Notes: generated from the sequence alone by a model not told the origin. 64,000 nt of DNA from Raillietiella orientalis (GCA_036172245.1 JAYWIR010000013.1:434001-498000), one strand, 5' to 3'. Positions 49,001-63,100 are shown, counted from the first letter of the stretch. Numbers and translations are program-made.

Positions 49001-49549
49001 GTATAGCTGGATTCGCGTCATGGTGAGATTCATTCCACGCGTACACGGAAGTTGAGGAACTCTGGAGGAAGAGTTAATTGAATGTGCCGAAGACATGGAA
49101 CATGGGAGGAGAAAGTCCCACATCACATCTTCAGCCAAAGCACAAGCCACCGAGAAACGATCATCGAGCCTTATGATGGAATGGTGGAACAGATCAAGAG
49201 GAATACCCTCTAATAATGAGGACTAGTGGCTCCTGACCGGTCCATCTCAGAAGAAGTTTCCAGACCCGAACCAGATTTTACTCCAGGACGAAGGGAAGAA
49301 GCGGCCAGTACCACGGACGTGGTACATGAGCACGCGGCCAAGGAGATGGAAGAACACAAAACGAACAAGAGGGCAACACGAGGAAAGAGATGATCTGTAC
49401 AGCCATTCGATATTCCAGGAACCCACTGGAAGCAAGAACGGGTCACCGATCAAACTGATCCCATCCTTTTAATGGATCAGTCTGGAAGACGAGTTGAGTC
49501 AAGCAGCCGGGATGAATGACAGTGGAAAGCTCTTTTCCAGTTCTTGTCC

Positions 49550-51200
49550 CCGCCATCGTTTATCTCAAGTAAGCACATTTCAGAAGATACATGCATTTCT
49601 TCTTCTGGTGTCGTTCTTGTTCCTCTTTAGCCTGTTCGTTTTGTAACCACAGTTACAGCCAGCCTTATACTCTGCGAACTCGATCGCCTCGTTCAATGAG
49701 GAATTCTGCATCATCCAGGCTCATCCGGAATCACTGTGGGTTATTCGCTTCACTGTCCCGATGGAGGTGCACTCCACACGTTCAGCATCTCCATCTGAGG
49801 TGCTCATTCCGCATCATCCTGAGAAGTCGAACTAGCAAGTCGAGAACTCCAGAGCTGCACGTGCAACTCATCTTCATCCCAGGTTGTCCATCATGTGCCT
49901 CTTTGTCACCACTTTCGCACGATTTGCAAGATCGGAATCCCAGGGTTCTTTCGGACGTTTCTATCCTTTGAACCGTTCCCCTATTCCTCCCCTTCCCGTT
50001 TTGTTCAGGGTGTTATCGCGCTTCTGTCTCAATGCCAACCAGGAACCTTTTGCATGCGTCTTCTGCAACCTGCAAGCCACCTTGCACCTTCAAGGTTTTC
50101 GCTCGGAGGACTCAAAAGAGCCTTCACGCATGACCGTTCATCTCTGTGTGAAGAATTACAAACGCTTGGCTGAACGTAGGTGTTAATAGACGAACGAATA
50201 GCTCTCTTGCAGCCGAAAGGTTGCGTGCGGAAGTACTGGATCCACAACCAGTTCTGGATCCTGGGCCACCAGGAAGAGACGAAGACTCAAGATCAAAGGA
50301 GTTCGAACAGAAGAAAAGTGTTCTCCATTCGTAGAGAACGGATACCGTACGGATCAAAAGGGTTCCACTCATGAAGAACAGACGATGACAAAGGAATGGT
50401 TGATGGAGACCTGGAGAATGCGTGAAAGAATCAATATTTGTCCTCCCAATTAGCTTGCTTTCCACGAGATGTTTGGAAACCAGCAGAGCGTCGAACTGTG
50501 CAAGGAAATCAATAAGATTTGTCACTCGCGGAGCAGCACTTTCCGCTTCGCTCTCAGGAACAGACATTTTCAAAGACTCATTGCAGAGTTTCGTCTGTTG
50601 CGATTCCGAACGCTCAAGAAGGGTGAATGACTGTTACAAATATCTGCCTCCTCATGCGTTGTCACTTTCCCAACGGCTCCGGGGCTGATGGAAATGCTTT
50701 TAGCCTTGAACAAGGAGTTGTAATTTCATCTGGCAAGTCCATAACGAACTATTTTTCTGGTGAGAAAATCTGAAAATGTTTCATAGAGTCGCACCGAGAT
50801 GGCTCTGTGGGTCTCCATGTACAAATTCAGGACAAACAGCCTGATTCCCTATGCGGACAAAGGCATAAGGAATCTTCATTCTTTAGGTGACTCTATCGCA
50901 TCTTGATGCTAGTCCTTCGCGTTCCTTACGCACCGCCTTCTCCCGAAAGCTTCTCATCTGTGGTAAGCGAGCCGGAAACCTGTCTCTGGGTATCGGCTGC
51001 AAGCTTCTAGAGGTACCAAGGCTGTCTTGTTGCAGCAGTGTTGCCTGCTTTTTGGGAATTGTGGCTGGTTTTGACCAGCTTTGCATGTTTCCAGTTCTAC
51101 CGCTGGTGACCCAGGTTTGGCGGGGATAAGGGAGGGGAGTCCATGCTCATTCCAGGAGATCCCGGTCGCCTCTGGGCAAGCGATTCCACACCTTCTTGAG
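49550..51200 (-). mobile_element. Degenerate LINE RT relic
   Basis: SISISPGAVGKV (cf. RPISLL....KV) followed by LIDFLAQFDALLVSKHL (cf. FIDF.KAFD.V....L). Confidence 0.4.
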
Positions 51201-52399
51201 GTGAAGCAGTGCGAATGTATCAGCAGCATTTCGGCCCTCGTCTACTTTCGGCTTTTCTACTTCTGCTTCGCGTTCCCACGATTTGGGAGCGACTCGCTCA
51301 CCCCCGAGTTTGGAGGCGCTGCAATCTTGAACCACCATCCCGTGTCCTTTCCCTGCCTCATCCCCGTCCACTTCTCGTCCGCGCAGCTTTCCATTTCATT
51401 CTTTAGGACGGAAGCTCAGCTCCGGGAGTGCCTGGGTGCGCGCAAGGGTCGGTCCTCTCGGTTTGCAAACCATTCTCCCAAGAAGTGGAAAACAGAATGA
51501 AAAATTCCCCCGTGGTCCACCAGGAACGTGAATCCTGGCTGACGAACCCCCGACGGAACGGTGACATCACAGTCTCGGTGTCTCACGAATTCTCACCTTG
51601 CGCTGTACAATTCGTGCGGACTCGACGGATTAAATTGCTCTTTTGAGCGATTTAATTCTTAGATGACATCCTAATTACATCCATCATTGACTTTGCTACA
51701 CAGCGCGATGGCGCATCCGCAAGCGAGAAGCACGTCGAGCGCTTTCTTGCAAACACACAGCGGCGAACACGTAAACCGCAAGTGGCACAAATGAACCCAC
51801 CCAGTTAGATAAGGATCGGTCTATTCAGTGGACGTGTGTTGCACAGTAGATATCGTCATCTTGGTTTCCACGAAATCGGATTGAATTTGTACACAATTCC
51901 ATCTGTACAAATTGCACACCGTGAGATGATGAGTCACTTCGCAAAGGTCAGGAGGTGAGACGGAACGATCGAAGAGGAAGAAGCCCGCCAAGTCTGTAGG
52001 GACCGAGGCGGCCTTGGGGGCGACCTTGCTGCGAGAGGCGACGCTCAACCACGGAGAAGCAGCCACGTGGCTGCCTGGCGCGAGCACCTCGGGAAAGGGC
52101 GGGGCTCCAACGCTCCCGCTCAGAGGCTGCGTGCGCGTAGTTGGTGCGTGTCGTTGTCTCTTCCCTCTGAGATGCTACTCCCCTCTCTGGACCTGTCCAG
52201 CCTTTGAGGCATGGAATCTACTAAGAAGGTTCCTGGATTTTCACGACGATGCATGCTGCTTCTCTGATCGGCTCGTCTTAGTTCCACCCACGCAGCCTCC
52301 TCCGTTCCCAAAGGAGTCCTCCTCCCCCTTTTCTTTGGCTCCCCAAGTGCTGAAGAACCGCTCGCTCCCCCAGGGAGGATCAAAAAAGGCTTCAGTCAT

Positions 52400-52950
52400 T
52401 GTCACGCCACCCGAGGGTGCGTGTGATTTAGTTAGGGGACAACCCGGAGGAATACCACCTCATGGAATCCGGGAAAAGCTCCGGAGGAAGGAGTTCGTTC
52501 CTCCCACGCTTGGTAGGGAAACCCCGAAGGGAATCTCCTTCCTCGTTCTCTCCGGAGGGATCTCCGGAGGGAGGGCATTCCTTGATTCTTCTCCCACGGT
52601 AACCCGGAAAGGATCCGCTCCCGGAATTTCTTCTCCGGAGGGAACCCGCAAGGGAACCTCCATCCCCTTGTTTGCTCCTCCTCTGGAGAGAATTCCGAAG
52701 GGACGTTTCCAGATTTCTCTGAAGCGCGCATTCCTAAGGGAGCAGCGCGCAGTCCCGAGGATAGAGGAATGGCTCCATTTTCACAGCTGGAGGGGAACCC
52801 AAGAGGGTTCCCTGATTCCTGGAAGGACCTAGGAGGGTCGACGGGGGGCATCCGGATCCCACCAGTGCCGCACCGAATAGGCCGACCAGAGTCATCCCGC
52901 GGAAGGAAGTGGGAGATCGAAAGCCACGACGAGCCCCCCATTCTCGTTGT
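52400..52950 (-). repeat. LTR-like repeat family, copy 2 (truncated)
   Basis: Starts tgtcacgccacccgagggtgcgtgtga; shares ccggaatttc..ctccggagggaacccgcaagggaacc...atccccttgttt with about 59880-59935. Confidence 0.7.
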
Positions 52951-53299
52951 CATTCTGGTCAAGAAGGACGTTTGATCCTGCCATGTTACTTGTGAATATG
53001 AAAAGAAACCTGCCGGGAACTGGTACACAGGCTCGTGGGGTTCGACTCGGCAGCACAGGGGAAGGGGAGACAAGCAAAAAGAAAAATAAAAGGAAAAAAT
53101 ACAAAAAGAAAAGTGAAGGGTTCTGGAAGGGATCATCGGATGCTGGAGGGAGTCCTCTGCATCCTTGTAAGGATGACGGCAAATTTCTGTTTCAAGATGG
53201 GGCCATGTTGATGCTGTCCTCATGAAGAGGATAGCAGAATAGATGGCGTCCCTGTCCTTCTGGTCTCCTCTGGCGTTGCTCCATGCAGCCACCGTCCCG

Positions 53300-53700
53300 C
53301 TGCATGGGCAGCAAAGTGCTGCTGGGGATGCAGCCGGCGTGGGGGCGTCGCGCAGGAAGAGACGCTTTAAAACGTCTTTGGCGTTGCCGCCGGGGGTTCT
53401 AAGGGTCGCAGCAAAGCGTCCTCAAAGGGGCAGGAGGGCAATACAGTTCACTGGGAGGTGCGGAAGGGATTCCTGTTCACCGCACCTTGCACAGTTTGGG
53501 TCCACACACACCCCGTGTCCAAAGATTCCGGCGGGCGTTTCACGGGAGGCTCCAGTGTAGCAGCATCAACGCCGACCCCTGCCACTTTAAGAAGAGGGTG
53601 CGGGTGTTCCTGAGCACCGAGGGCCACTGCAAGTCTTTTTCCGGAATCCTCAGAGCAGAAGTCCATGAGGTCGAGCACTCGGGGTCGCAGAATCGGTGAG
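53300..53700 (+). mobile_element. Degenerate Gypsy RT relic
   Basis: RRAFHGRLQCSSINADPCHFKKRVRVFLS (cf. VF.RL....L.IN..KC.F....V.FLG). Confidence 0.35.
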
Positions 53701-53959
53701 CTAGCCCGTGGTTCATTTCTCCTACTTCTCTTCTCCTTCTGAAGATTTCTACAGTAACCTCTCATCTAGCCGTGAGGCTGCTGCCCATGTGCTCCCTAAG
53801 GAAGGGCGGCGCGGTCTGGCGAAGGAGGTTCTGCTTGCCCATGCACTCTTCTCAGGATCTTCCAGGATCTCCCGGAGCGTGTAGTTGTTGTTACGCGCGG
53901 ACAGGAAACGTCGAACCTGTTCCGCGCTTGGCTCCTGGATCCTCGCCGACGTGCAAACC

Positions 53960-54280
53960 GTGGAACCCCCCGGACGCCCCTGTTGACCGGCCGGGATGGA
54001 AAGTGGACCCTCCAGGTTGACCTTCTCGAAGTTACTCCTGCGAGTTGACCTTGCAGGTCAACTTGGAGGAGCGGAAGTTGAAGAGGCTGTGAAAAGGGAG
54101 TCGTCCTTCCCCACCCCCCCTCGGAGGGACCCCCATCTCTGAGGTTCATGGATCTGGTCGTTACCCCCCTCGGGAGGTTGTCTCTCCGGAATGCAAGAAG
54201 CGCGCTGGGGGAGCGCCCTTCGAAGAAATCGGCGGGAGGCGTCCCTTCGGGTTCTCTCCAGAGGAGACAGGGTCAAGCGA
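53960..54280 (+). repeat. LTR-like repeat family, copy 3 (partial, opposite orientation)
   Basis: The reverse complement contains ctcctctggagagaacccgaagggacg (cf. 52678-52705) and ggtcaacaggggcgtccgg (cf. 60126-60145). Confidence 0.6.
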
Positions 54281-55979
54281 CTAAACGAGGGAATGCTCGA
54301 AAAACACGCTCGACGGCAGCGTGCGAAAACTGCTCAAAGAGGCTGCTGGCACGATCTGCGAGAGGGGAAGAGAGGGGGGTGTTTCGGCCGCCCTAACGAA
54401 GCCGGAGACTCCGTTCCGTGATGCTCGAGACGCGCATTCCCGAAACCGCTGCTGATCGGAAAGCCTGACGCACAGCTCGACACGGGTCCAGCAGTGCTGA
54501 CATTCGAGAGAAGATTCGTCGACAGGGACACAGAATCGTGCCCACCGATGCGCGCTGCCCTCTGGCTCGCGGAGGGTGTCTCGGATCCCCTTGTCCCGCG
54601 CGAGCACCCTGCGCTTCCGGACTCCCTGGAAAGGTAGTCTTACCCAATCTTGTCGTGTTGGCTGAGATCCTCCGTCGTCGGTCACGTCGGTGCTGCTGAA
54701 GATCTCACCAAACGGGATTATCCTCCCTCCTTTTGCATTTACTCCCCGCGCCGACTCGATTGTGTCCTGACTGGAGAAAGACGTTCTCAAAACGAAGCGA
54801 GGGGATTTGCTGGGCTATGCGCGGCGCCAGCAAAACGCTTGGGAGGGAGCGATCAAGAGGTGGAGGCAAAGGACGAGGGCGAAAGTGCAGTGCAGGAGAA
54901 CCGCATCAAGCGATGACCTGCCACGCAGAGGTGTTTGCCGGCGTGCTCTACGCAGGTACACCGATGGGGTATACCGATTCACATCCTCAAGTCCGGCCTC
55001 CCGTCCGGGATCAGCACACGAAATGCGAGTTGGGAAGGACATCCACGTCCGTTCTTCCACCTGGCGAGGATTCCGTGAGGACGAATGCTTGCCGTTGGCG
55101 CCGCAACAAGACTCCTCCGGTAGCAATGGCGCAGGCACGCTGGAGCCAGGAGCATGTTGACGGAGCGAATGCGCCGCGGATGGAAAACGGCGCCGGTCAG
55201 TCAGCAGAAACTAATACAGAAAGTTCGGCCTGCTCCGCGGAGATATTCCCCAGCGCGCTAAGTTGGAGATGGAGAGGGATGTCTGCCGGGACTCGGGATC
55301 CGGAGTGTCGTGTTGTTGGGGTGAATATGAGCGTGCATCTTCAGGATTCGACCTGCGTGCTAAGGGAGAGAAACAGGAACGCATGTCGTGACCGCCCTAC
55401 AGGATCAAATTCTCGCAAATACCGAGAATGGACTGACTGGATCGAATTTCGAGTGGGAATCGATGGGGGGAAGGAGGGAGGGGAGGATGCGGTGGCGAAT
55501 TTGCTCGCGTTCGTTTGTCCCTGCAAGAGAGCTGCGCACGATATCATGACTATGCGTTCAGAAAATCCACGTGCACAACAAAGGCCATCCTGCGTTACCC
55601 ATCTATGAGAGCGAACATCCCATGGAGCAAAACTGCTTGCTGGACCCTGCTCTAGGTTGAGCAGCTGCGACTCATCTTCGCTGCGTGGCAACGGCGGACT
55701 CGAATGAATCTTTCCTTTAAAAAAGCGGAAACGAACGCGAGCCAAGATTTGTGCCCAGTCACGCCGGAAAGTTTACTTAAAAAATGAACCAGAAGTCAGG
55801 TTCAGGAGAACGGCGTCCCCTGAATACAAAAGATGCCTCCCACCCCCACCCCACCTCCAAAACAAATTTCACTGGAGATGACCTCGAGCACGTAGACCGG
55901 CTTCTAAAAAAGTAGGGAACGGAACAGGAATCAATGAATAAATGGAAAAAGACGGGAGGATGTAGACAGGGGGACTCTA

Positions 55980-57600
55980 GTTTTAATCGTTCCTTTTTTC
56001 CTAGAAGCGGCTGTGGATGTTGGAGATCTTCCTGGCGACTTCTTGCAGGCGAGGCCACCTCGTAGCCGTCCTCGTCGAGGCGGCTGCCATGCTGGTGACC
56101 TCCCTTTGCCGAGAACGAGACTCCATCAAGGAGTGGACTGTAACCACGGCACGGATGCAACAGATCGTTGCGATGACAGCGCCCGCTGTCAGCTCGCCTT
56201 GCGTGAAGAAGCGCTGCAGCAAGTGCAAAGCGGTGTCCTCCATGGTTGCGGAGCGCTGAGGCTGGTCTCCGCCACAAGGCTTCCAGGGGACTGCAGTCCA
56301 ACAAGAGTTGCGGGAATGAGTCGGTCGCCCCGCACCCTGAACAGTTCGAAAAGGCAATTCCTCCGGAAACCAGGTGCCTGCGCTGGTTGCACCAGCCATC
56401 CCCAGTGCAGAAACAGCAGAACATTCTGTTTCCAGCGGAGCGGGAATGCAGTGTCCGCATGCAAGGAAGGATCTCGAGTTTTATTGGGAGGAAACACCTA
56501 GCAGGTCCGTCAGGAAGGTCACCGAAGGGAAGGTCATCTTACTCCTTGATTCCTCGTTCCCAGGCGAAGGAGTCCCTTCGGTCCGGGAACGAGATGTTGG
56601 CACCACTCGCTCGTCTTGCAGCCGTCCAGGAGTTTCTCGATCCCTGAAATGTCTCAGGACAATTCCCACCCCGCCAGCTGACTGCCGTTGTCGTTTTCCT
56701 TGTGGGAAGGTAGCTCTGAGGCAAGGGGTGTGACGGCTATCCGGGACCACTGAGTCCAGTCTCCCAGAGGCTTGCATAGGAGTTTCCGCAGCAGATGCAG
56801 TTCCTCTGGACGCACTTCCAGAGTGGCCACTCAGGACTGCAATGCCTCCTGCCGCCAGGCATTCCAGTTTATGGGGAAGGCAGGAGGTCCACGGATAAGC
56901 TACCAGAAGTGAGGACAGATGCCTTGCGGAATAGCCAAATCCGGTCCCACGGCGTAGGTTGTGCAGTAGCAGCTAAAGAAGCCCTGAGCTTCCAGCGCAT
57001 CGCCAGAAGACGTGGCGTGCCGGAGCACACCAGTGACAGGTCCACGGAGGAACTGCATCTGTAGTCCGATCTTGTGAATGGTCAGGATGCCCAAGCCAGC
57101 ACCCTGGAGCGGAGCCACTAAGTCTTTCAGTAGGATCCGAGCCAGGAAGAAGGGAACGGAATTTGAACCACTCTTCCCGGTGGGTCTTGAGCAGTGAGAG
57201 ATGAGGCCCCGTGGCGCTCGAAGCTCCATGCGAGCCGTCGTGCCGGACCCCCCATCTGCTCCTGCTGCACCTACTCTTCTAGCGCAGGTTCCGCTCTGGA
57301 CATGGAGGAGAAAGCGGACCACGTGCTGCAGCGTCACAGGACCACGCACAAAGGAACGCCAGCGATGGGGAACGAAGGAACGAGGTGCTCTTCGCATCTC
57401 GGAAGGCGTTCGAGGGAGCAGCGCCTCGGCCTCGCAAGTGCAGTGTGGCGTTCCCGGAATCCGCGGCTCCTTTCCTCCAGGAGACCCTTTGACCCTTCTC
57501 GAGAGGGCTTTTCCCCGAGGTCCACACCTCGTCCAGGGGCATCGAGGAGCTCGAGCAGAATATCGGAGGGATGCCCAACCCTCGCGAATCCTGTGAGTCA
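55980..57600 (-). mobile_element. Degenerate Ty3/Gypsy pol relic (RNase H plus integrase)
   Basis: LQGAGLGILT...FLRGPVTGVLRHATSSGDALEA (cf. DAS..GLGAVL...FASR.LT..E.NY...E.EALA), then PWKPCGGDQP...TALHLLQRFFT (cf. PW..V..D..GP...YILV.VDYFT). Confidence 0.5.
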
Positions 57601-59676
57601 GCGGGGGGAGGGAGGGTGAAACTCGAGTCGGAGTGTGTTCTCGCAAGAGAGGGAGGGCTCCACTGTCCATTCGCGGGACTTCCAGAAGCGGAGAGCGTCG
57701 TCCTGGCAGCCGACGCGCACCGGTGCCAATCCACGCTAATCTCGATGCTAATCCTAATCGGACCTTCAAAGGTACGCTCTCCCGGCGGTTGTCTCCTGTT
57801 CATCCTGCGCCGTCTGCAACTCTTCGCTCCTGCCCCCCTATGCTCTTCCCAGGCTGGTCCGTGCACATCTGGAAGGGACGCTTCGTCGTTCCGGAGTCTC
57901 GTGGCCGGCAGGCGAGTCTCTTCGCCGCCCGCTGCAGCAAGTGCGACCATCACCGCCCTAAGAGTTCCTTCTTCCTTCCACCTGCGCTTCCTCCGAGCCC
58001 TGCGCCCTTCCCACAGTCGACGCACCCTCGCCTCCGAAAGACGCGCTCTCCGCAGAAGCAGCGGGATCGCAGGGAGAAAAAAAGGGCGGCCCTAGTAGCT
58101 GGCAGGCTCACGCACACCAACCCCGCCAATGGGGACGCGCACCCGGAAGCACGCCCCCGCCATCCCACGCGTCTGGGCTCCGCGCACCTCGCCGCCGGGC
58201 ACCCCGGCCCGATGAAACGGAGAGTGAGCTCGTTTCTCGCTTCCGGGGAGCGCAGCCGTCCTCGGGGCGGATGCGTCGAGGAATGCGCGCCATTCCGCCA
58301 AACACGCGGCGCGGAACGCGAGCTTGAGAACAGGAGCTGCCCGCGGATCGATCGCTCACGTGCCAGCGGCAGCGATTAGTCAGGGACTCCGAGAGGGTCC
58401 TCGGCTGGGCGGAAACGATTTTTCGCCCGTTCGTTGACATCGGCCGGGGATGCCACGCCGCAACCGGAAGTGGTCCGCCTGTCCGCATCGACACCGAAAG
58501 TGGAAAAGTCGGTGCGTGCGCGCTCCTGGACTTCGGGCGTCTGGTCTTCCCCGGTGCCGAGCGCGCGCGCTTTCCTACCAGCCGAAGGACTTCCTCCTCC
58601 CCCCTCCTCGCCGTCGCGTGTCGTCGCCGGAAGCACCCCCGCGTTCCGCACGGACACCATCTTCATCCGCTTGGGTGGGATTGCTGCGCGCAGGCCGAGC
58701 GACCCCCGAGCAGGAGCTTTGGGTCGCGGTTTGCCTCCCGTCCCCCACTACTCTCTGGAGCACCGTTCGCCGTCGCGAGTCCCAGCGTTGCCGGAAGGTG
58801 AGCACGCCCCGAGTGGATCCTCGACGGGATCGCAACTCAAGTTTTTCACGCTGACGTCACCGGCAGCATCCCCTTATAAGCGGACAAGATCATGTCGGAT
58901 GGACCGGGTCGCACGCCCTGAAACCTCCCTGTGGTTCGTAGTTCCTAGTGCCTTCCAGTGAAGATGCACGTTGTTGTGGTAATCCTGCTTCCCTTCTGTA
59001 TAGCGTCAGCTTAAAGCGGTCGCTCCTCCCCCCTTTCTTCCTCCTCCCTCTCCGCCTCCCCTAGTCCTGGAGTGGATCCTCAGCTGAAGCCATCCCTAAG
59101 CTGGACGGCCAGTGCGGGGAGACGGAAAACAGCGGCTCGAGCGGCGTCACGCGAGCAACACCCCTCCCTCCCCTTCCCCGGGCTCCTCTGGCCGACATGC
59201 ATCCATCTAATGGAGCAGGGCGGCGGCGCTCGCCCTCGGCATGGACTGGAACTCGCCATTCGCCTCGCCATCTGCTTGCGCAACGCGTGCGTGTGCCTCC
59301 TGGCAGCTGAGAGGAACTGCCTCGCGAGGCTCTTGGTCCTGTCGGGAGCAGCGGAGGCTCCGGGAAGCGGAGCGCGCGCGCGTAGGAGACGCCGGGAAGC
59401 TACGGAGGAGATGAATCCAGCGTTCCGGAGGCCGCTTGAGTCCCTTCCGGCAATTTGTCGCGCCTACGGACGCGAATGGCGCGCCGCCGACACGCCTCGG
59501 AGAGCGCCTTCGCTTTCACCTTGGGCGCCTGGGGCAACGCAGGCGCGAATTTCACTTGCCCGCGAGTGCGGAAAAAGACCAGCGCTGCATTCCGCAAGGA
59601 CAGCTCGACCCCCCCTCCGCCCACCAGGCGCAGATGGGATGTCGCCTCGAGTGCGTCCCTTGCACGTCTTCGGCGC

Positions 59677-60390
59677 TGTCCACGCCACCCAAGGGTGCGT
59701 GTGACCTGGTCAGGGGAAAACTCCGGAGGGACAACCCTACGAAACCGGGAAGGCTCCGGAGAGGGGGAATCCTTTTGCGCTTTGGGAGGGAACCCCGAAG
59801 GGAACTCTCGCCCTGTTGTCTCCGGAGGGACCCATTGGAGAGAGCCGCTTCTCCGAAGGGAACCCGGAAAGGGTCTGTTCCCGGAATTTCTCCTCCGGAG
59901 GGAACCCGCAAGGGAACCGTCATCCCCTTGTTTACTCTGAAGACAGCTCCCGAAGGGAGCAGAGCGCTCCCTGCACTTTGGAGAGGTATTTTCATGCAAC
60001 GCGACGGAGGGTCCCCCCTCGGGGGGGGAGACGACGTTTGCACAGCTAGAGGGGGTAACTCCTAAGGGAACCGGTGCTCCATGGTTCCTGGAGGGATCTC
60101 CCAGGGTCCGCTTCGAATTCCGGGCGGTCAACGGGGGGCATCCGGTGTCCAACGCGCCCGAGCATCCCGCCCGTGCCGCCGCCGCACCCGAAGCCCGTGA
60201 GGCAACCAGAGCCATCCTGCGGGGAGAGGGGGGTAGAATCGAAACCCACTCCTCTCCTCCCAATTCTCGGCGAATCTTTACGGGGAAAGGAGGGTGGAGG
60301 TTCGAACTCGCAACTCCAGGCGCCGCGTGTGGAGACCGGAGCGGACCGTGCGGCTTCCACGTCTTCGAGGGAGTCCCAGCATGTGTAACG
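59677..60390 (-). repeat. LTR-like repeat family, copy 4 (about 710 bp, near full length)
   Basis: Starts tgtccacgccacccaagggtgcgtgtga and is colinear with 12032-12694 (e.g. aaccagagccatcctgcggg vs aaccggagccatcttgcggg; ttcgaactcgcaactc vs ttcgaacccgcgactc). Confidence 0.7.
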
Positions 60391-60399
60391 CACGCGCCT

Positions 60400-63100
60400 C
60401 AGCGCGCGAAAGTCATTAATGGGTCGCTTCGCTCCCGGGGGGTTCCCTTGGAAACCATCACTCGGTGTGCACCTGCGAGCGGAAGGCGGGAATGCTTCTC
60501 CCGAGCAAAGCCGCAGAGGTGCAAAGCGCGGTACCAAGGAAACGATCCCCCGCTGGCTCGAAAAGGGCGGGACGGCGATTCAGAACCCGGGGGGGATGCC
60601 TCCTTCTGTCGGCGCGATGGATGACGACATCATGCGGATCCTCTTCCTTCGCGAACGGGAGCTTTCGGGGAGATCCAAGAAGCTCCCGACGCGGATGCCC
60701 TACCGCGTTCCAGTCCCCTCGGGATGGCCCGCTGCGTGGGTTCCTTCCTGCCTCGTCGGGGTGTGCTTTGCGACGGGTCTGGTTTCGGAAGAAAGTCCCG
60801 ATCCTTCCTTCCAGTGTGGATGCCGCGGGGCTTACATCTCTGGGCGCACGGTGGGAGGCCGCTAAGCTCCCAGCCCCTGGCCGTTTGGAGCTTCGCTGCG
60901 CTTCTGCCTGCAGGCGACGACGTTCGAGCGGCGGGGGACCACTGTCCCGGCACTTGAGCTTGGAGACAGCGCAAGGGAATTCCACCCTGCCCTTGATGGC
61001 CACCGCTGCCCCTTCTGCTTCGCGTGACGGCAGGCCCAGCCCCTTCTACCTCGGCGACCTCCTCCCCGGGGCGCCTGGTTACCGATCCACGGAGGGATTG
61101 CAGACGTCTCCTCCGGGATAGAGCGTTCGAGGAGCTCCTCCCTTCCCCCTGTATCCCCAACGGTATTCAATGTAGGGGAGAACTACGGCGTTCTGTAGCT
61201 CGTGGTCGTCCCGTCCCGAAGCGGGAGTCAATGATCATTCCAGGTTGTTCTCACGGTCCGAGCTCAGGACACGCGAGAGGACGCTCACGGAACACTGCGG
61301 CTCTCCTCGTAGGAGGAAGTGTAGGAAGGGCTGGGCCTCTTGCAACCAGGATCGACTGGAAGGACCCTCTTGCAGTTAATGGGGAAGGGAGCGCACTGGA
61401 GAGGTGCCAACCAGCTTCACGGCACGCGATGGAGGGTCCCTCTCGGACCCCCGAGTTGCGGGAAGAGGAACGCGGCTGCGGGACCCACGGCTCGCCGCCG
61501 TCCGGGTTCCCTGGGAACGACCGTTCGGTCGCTCGCGGAGCGGTCCGAGCGGTCGTTTTCTCCACTGCACCCTACCAGCAAAGGGTCTGTCTGACAGGGG
61601 TGAAGCGTTGGTTCGCGGCACCAGCTGGAGGTACAGTGCTGACGTGGACGGCTCGCACGGATCCCCTTCCAGGAGAGCTGCGCGAGAGTGGAAGAGTTAG
61701 AAAGGCGGCGCGGGAGATCTTGGAGCCCTCGAGAGTTCCCAAAAGACGTATGAGCGGACGAAAATTTGGAATACTTTACCCGGAGGCGAGGAGATCGGGC
61801 ACATCTGGTTGCGGTTGCCATGGAGTACTTGTCTGCTCAACGGAAGCGGGCGCGAGGGATGCATTGTCTTTTCGGACTCTGAGGAAGCTCTTCTTCCGTT
61901 CTATCGCAACCTCCACAGTTCAGCAGGTGGACCAAGGTGCTAGAAAGACTCAGGAATTCTGAACGCAAGTAGTATCCACAGAAACCTTTGATGGCAGTAA
62001 GCGCTCCTCCCGGAGTAAGAAGGGACGGGCGGAGTGGAATGGAAAGTCACTGCTCCCTGGCAATCCGCCCAAACCATCAACGCGAAAAGTGGTAGGAAAA
62101 ACGCGGCAAACGGGCGTAGGAGGTGGTGGTCCTTCACGACTTGCGCCCCCCTTGTCGTCGCCGTTGCCAGTCGAGGAAAGAATTGATGAAGCAAGAAAGA
62201 AATGAGGGAACGGCTAGGTTCGGTGGGGGGGGGGAGGGGAAGCGAGGGAACCTCCAAGTAGAACACGAGCGGCGAAGATGCTCTCTGGAGGTTCAGCACT
62301 GACTTTCACCTTTCCTCGACTTCCTTGCTCATCATCCGGGGTTGCTATGTTATCCGAGGACTCACAGGCGGTAGAATTTACAACCGAGGACCCTGGAAAC
62401 CATTCCGGTTCGTGGCATCAACCCACCGCCAACCAAGACAGCCAATCCGTGTTGTTGGGAGAGCGCATCCACTTCCAGACCCGTCCGAAAAGGGAGGCAT
62501 CGATTTGCTCCCGTGATGACGGCCGATCGCCTCTCTCGCGGATTCCAGGATCCGAGCTGGGGAGAAGCAACTTGCATGCCTCTCTTCCCCTTTCTTCCCC
62601 ACAAGATGGCCGAATCCCCTCCCTGGGATCCTTCGTGATGCGGATCGCGGGCTCACATCCTTTGCGATCCAGGGGACGCGTCCTGGAGAAGCGCATGAGA
62701 AACTGTACCTCTTCCTTTAAATCCTCTTTCCCGATACGGACTCCATCCTTCAAGAATCCCGCAGGATACCCTTCCTTCCAGAGGCGGCCTCGAAAGCTCT
62801 TCGGATGCTTGGACAACCGAAGAGTTCTCCGAGCTCCGGTCTGCTCTCTAGGGAACTGCCTATGTCCCTGGACGATCCTCCAGAGCATAAGAGGATGACA
62901 ACTTCTGCTTTCTCCGCCTCGCGTAGCAACCGGCTTAGTCCTTCAAATTCGGCGACCTCATCAACGAGGCTCGGTGTCTCTCGCCTGATTGCCTATCCGC
63001 GGAGGGATTGCGGCCGTCTCCTCCTGGATACGACGGCATTCGAGAGCCTTCCTTCCCTCCCCCGTATCCCTTCAAGCGTCCTCCGGTAACTACAAGGCGC
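60400..63100. mobile_element. Cluster of degenerate Gypsy pol relics, including two related minus-strand segments and a plus-strand integrase fragment
   Basis: About 61035-61160 and 62935-63072 are diverged copies (cggagggattgc...cgtctcctcc) translating to GIQGEGRSSSNALSRRRR (cf. Y..G..N..ADALSR); plus-strand VVFSTAPYQQ near 61550 (cf. STPYHPQ). Confidence 0.4.
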
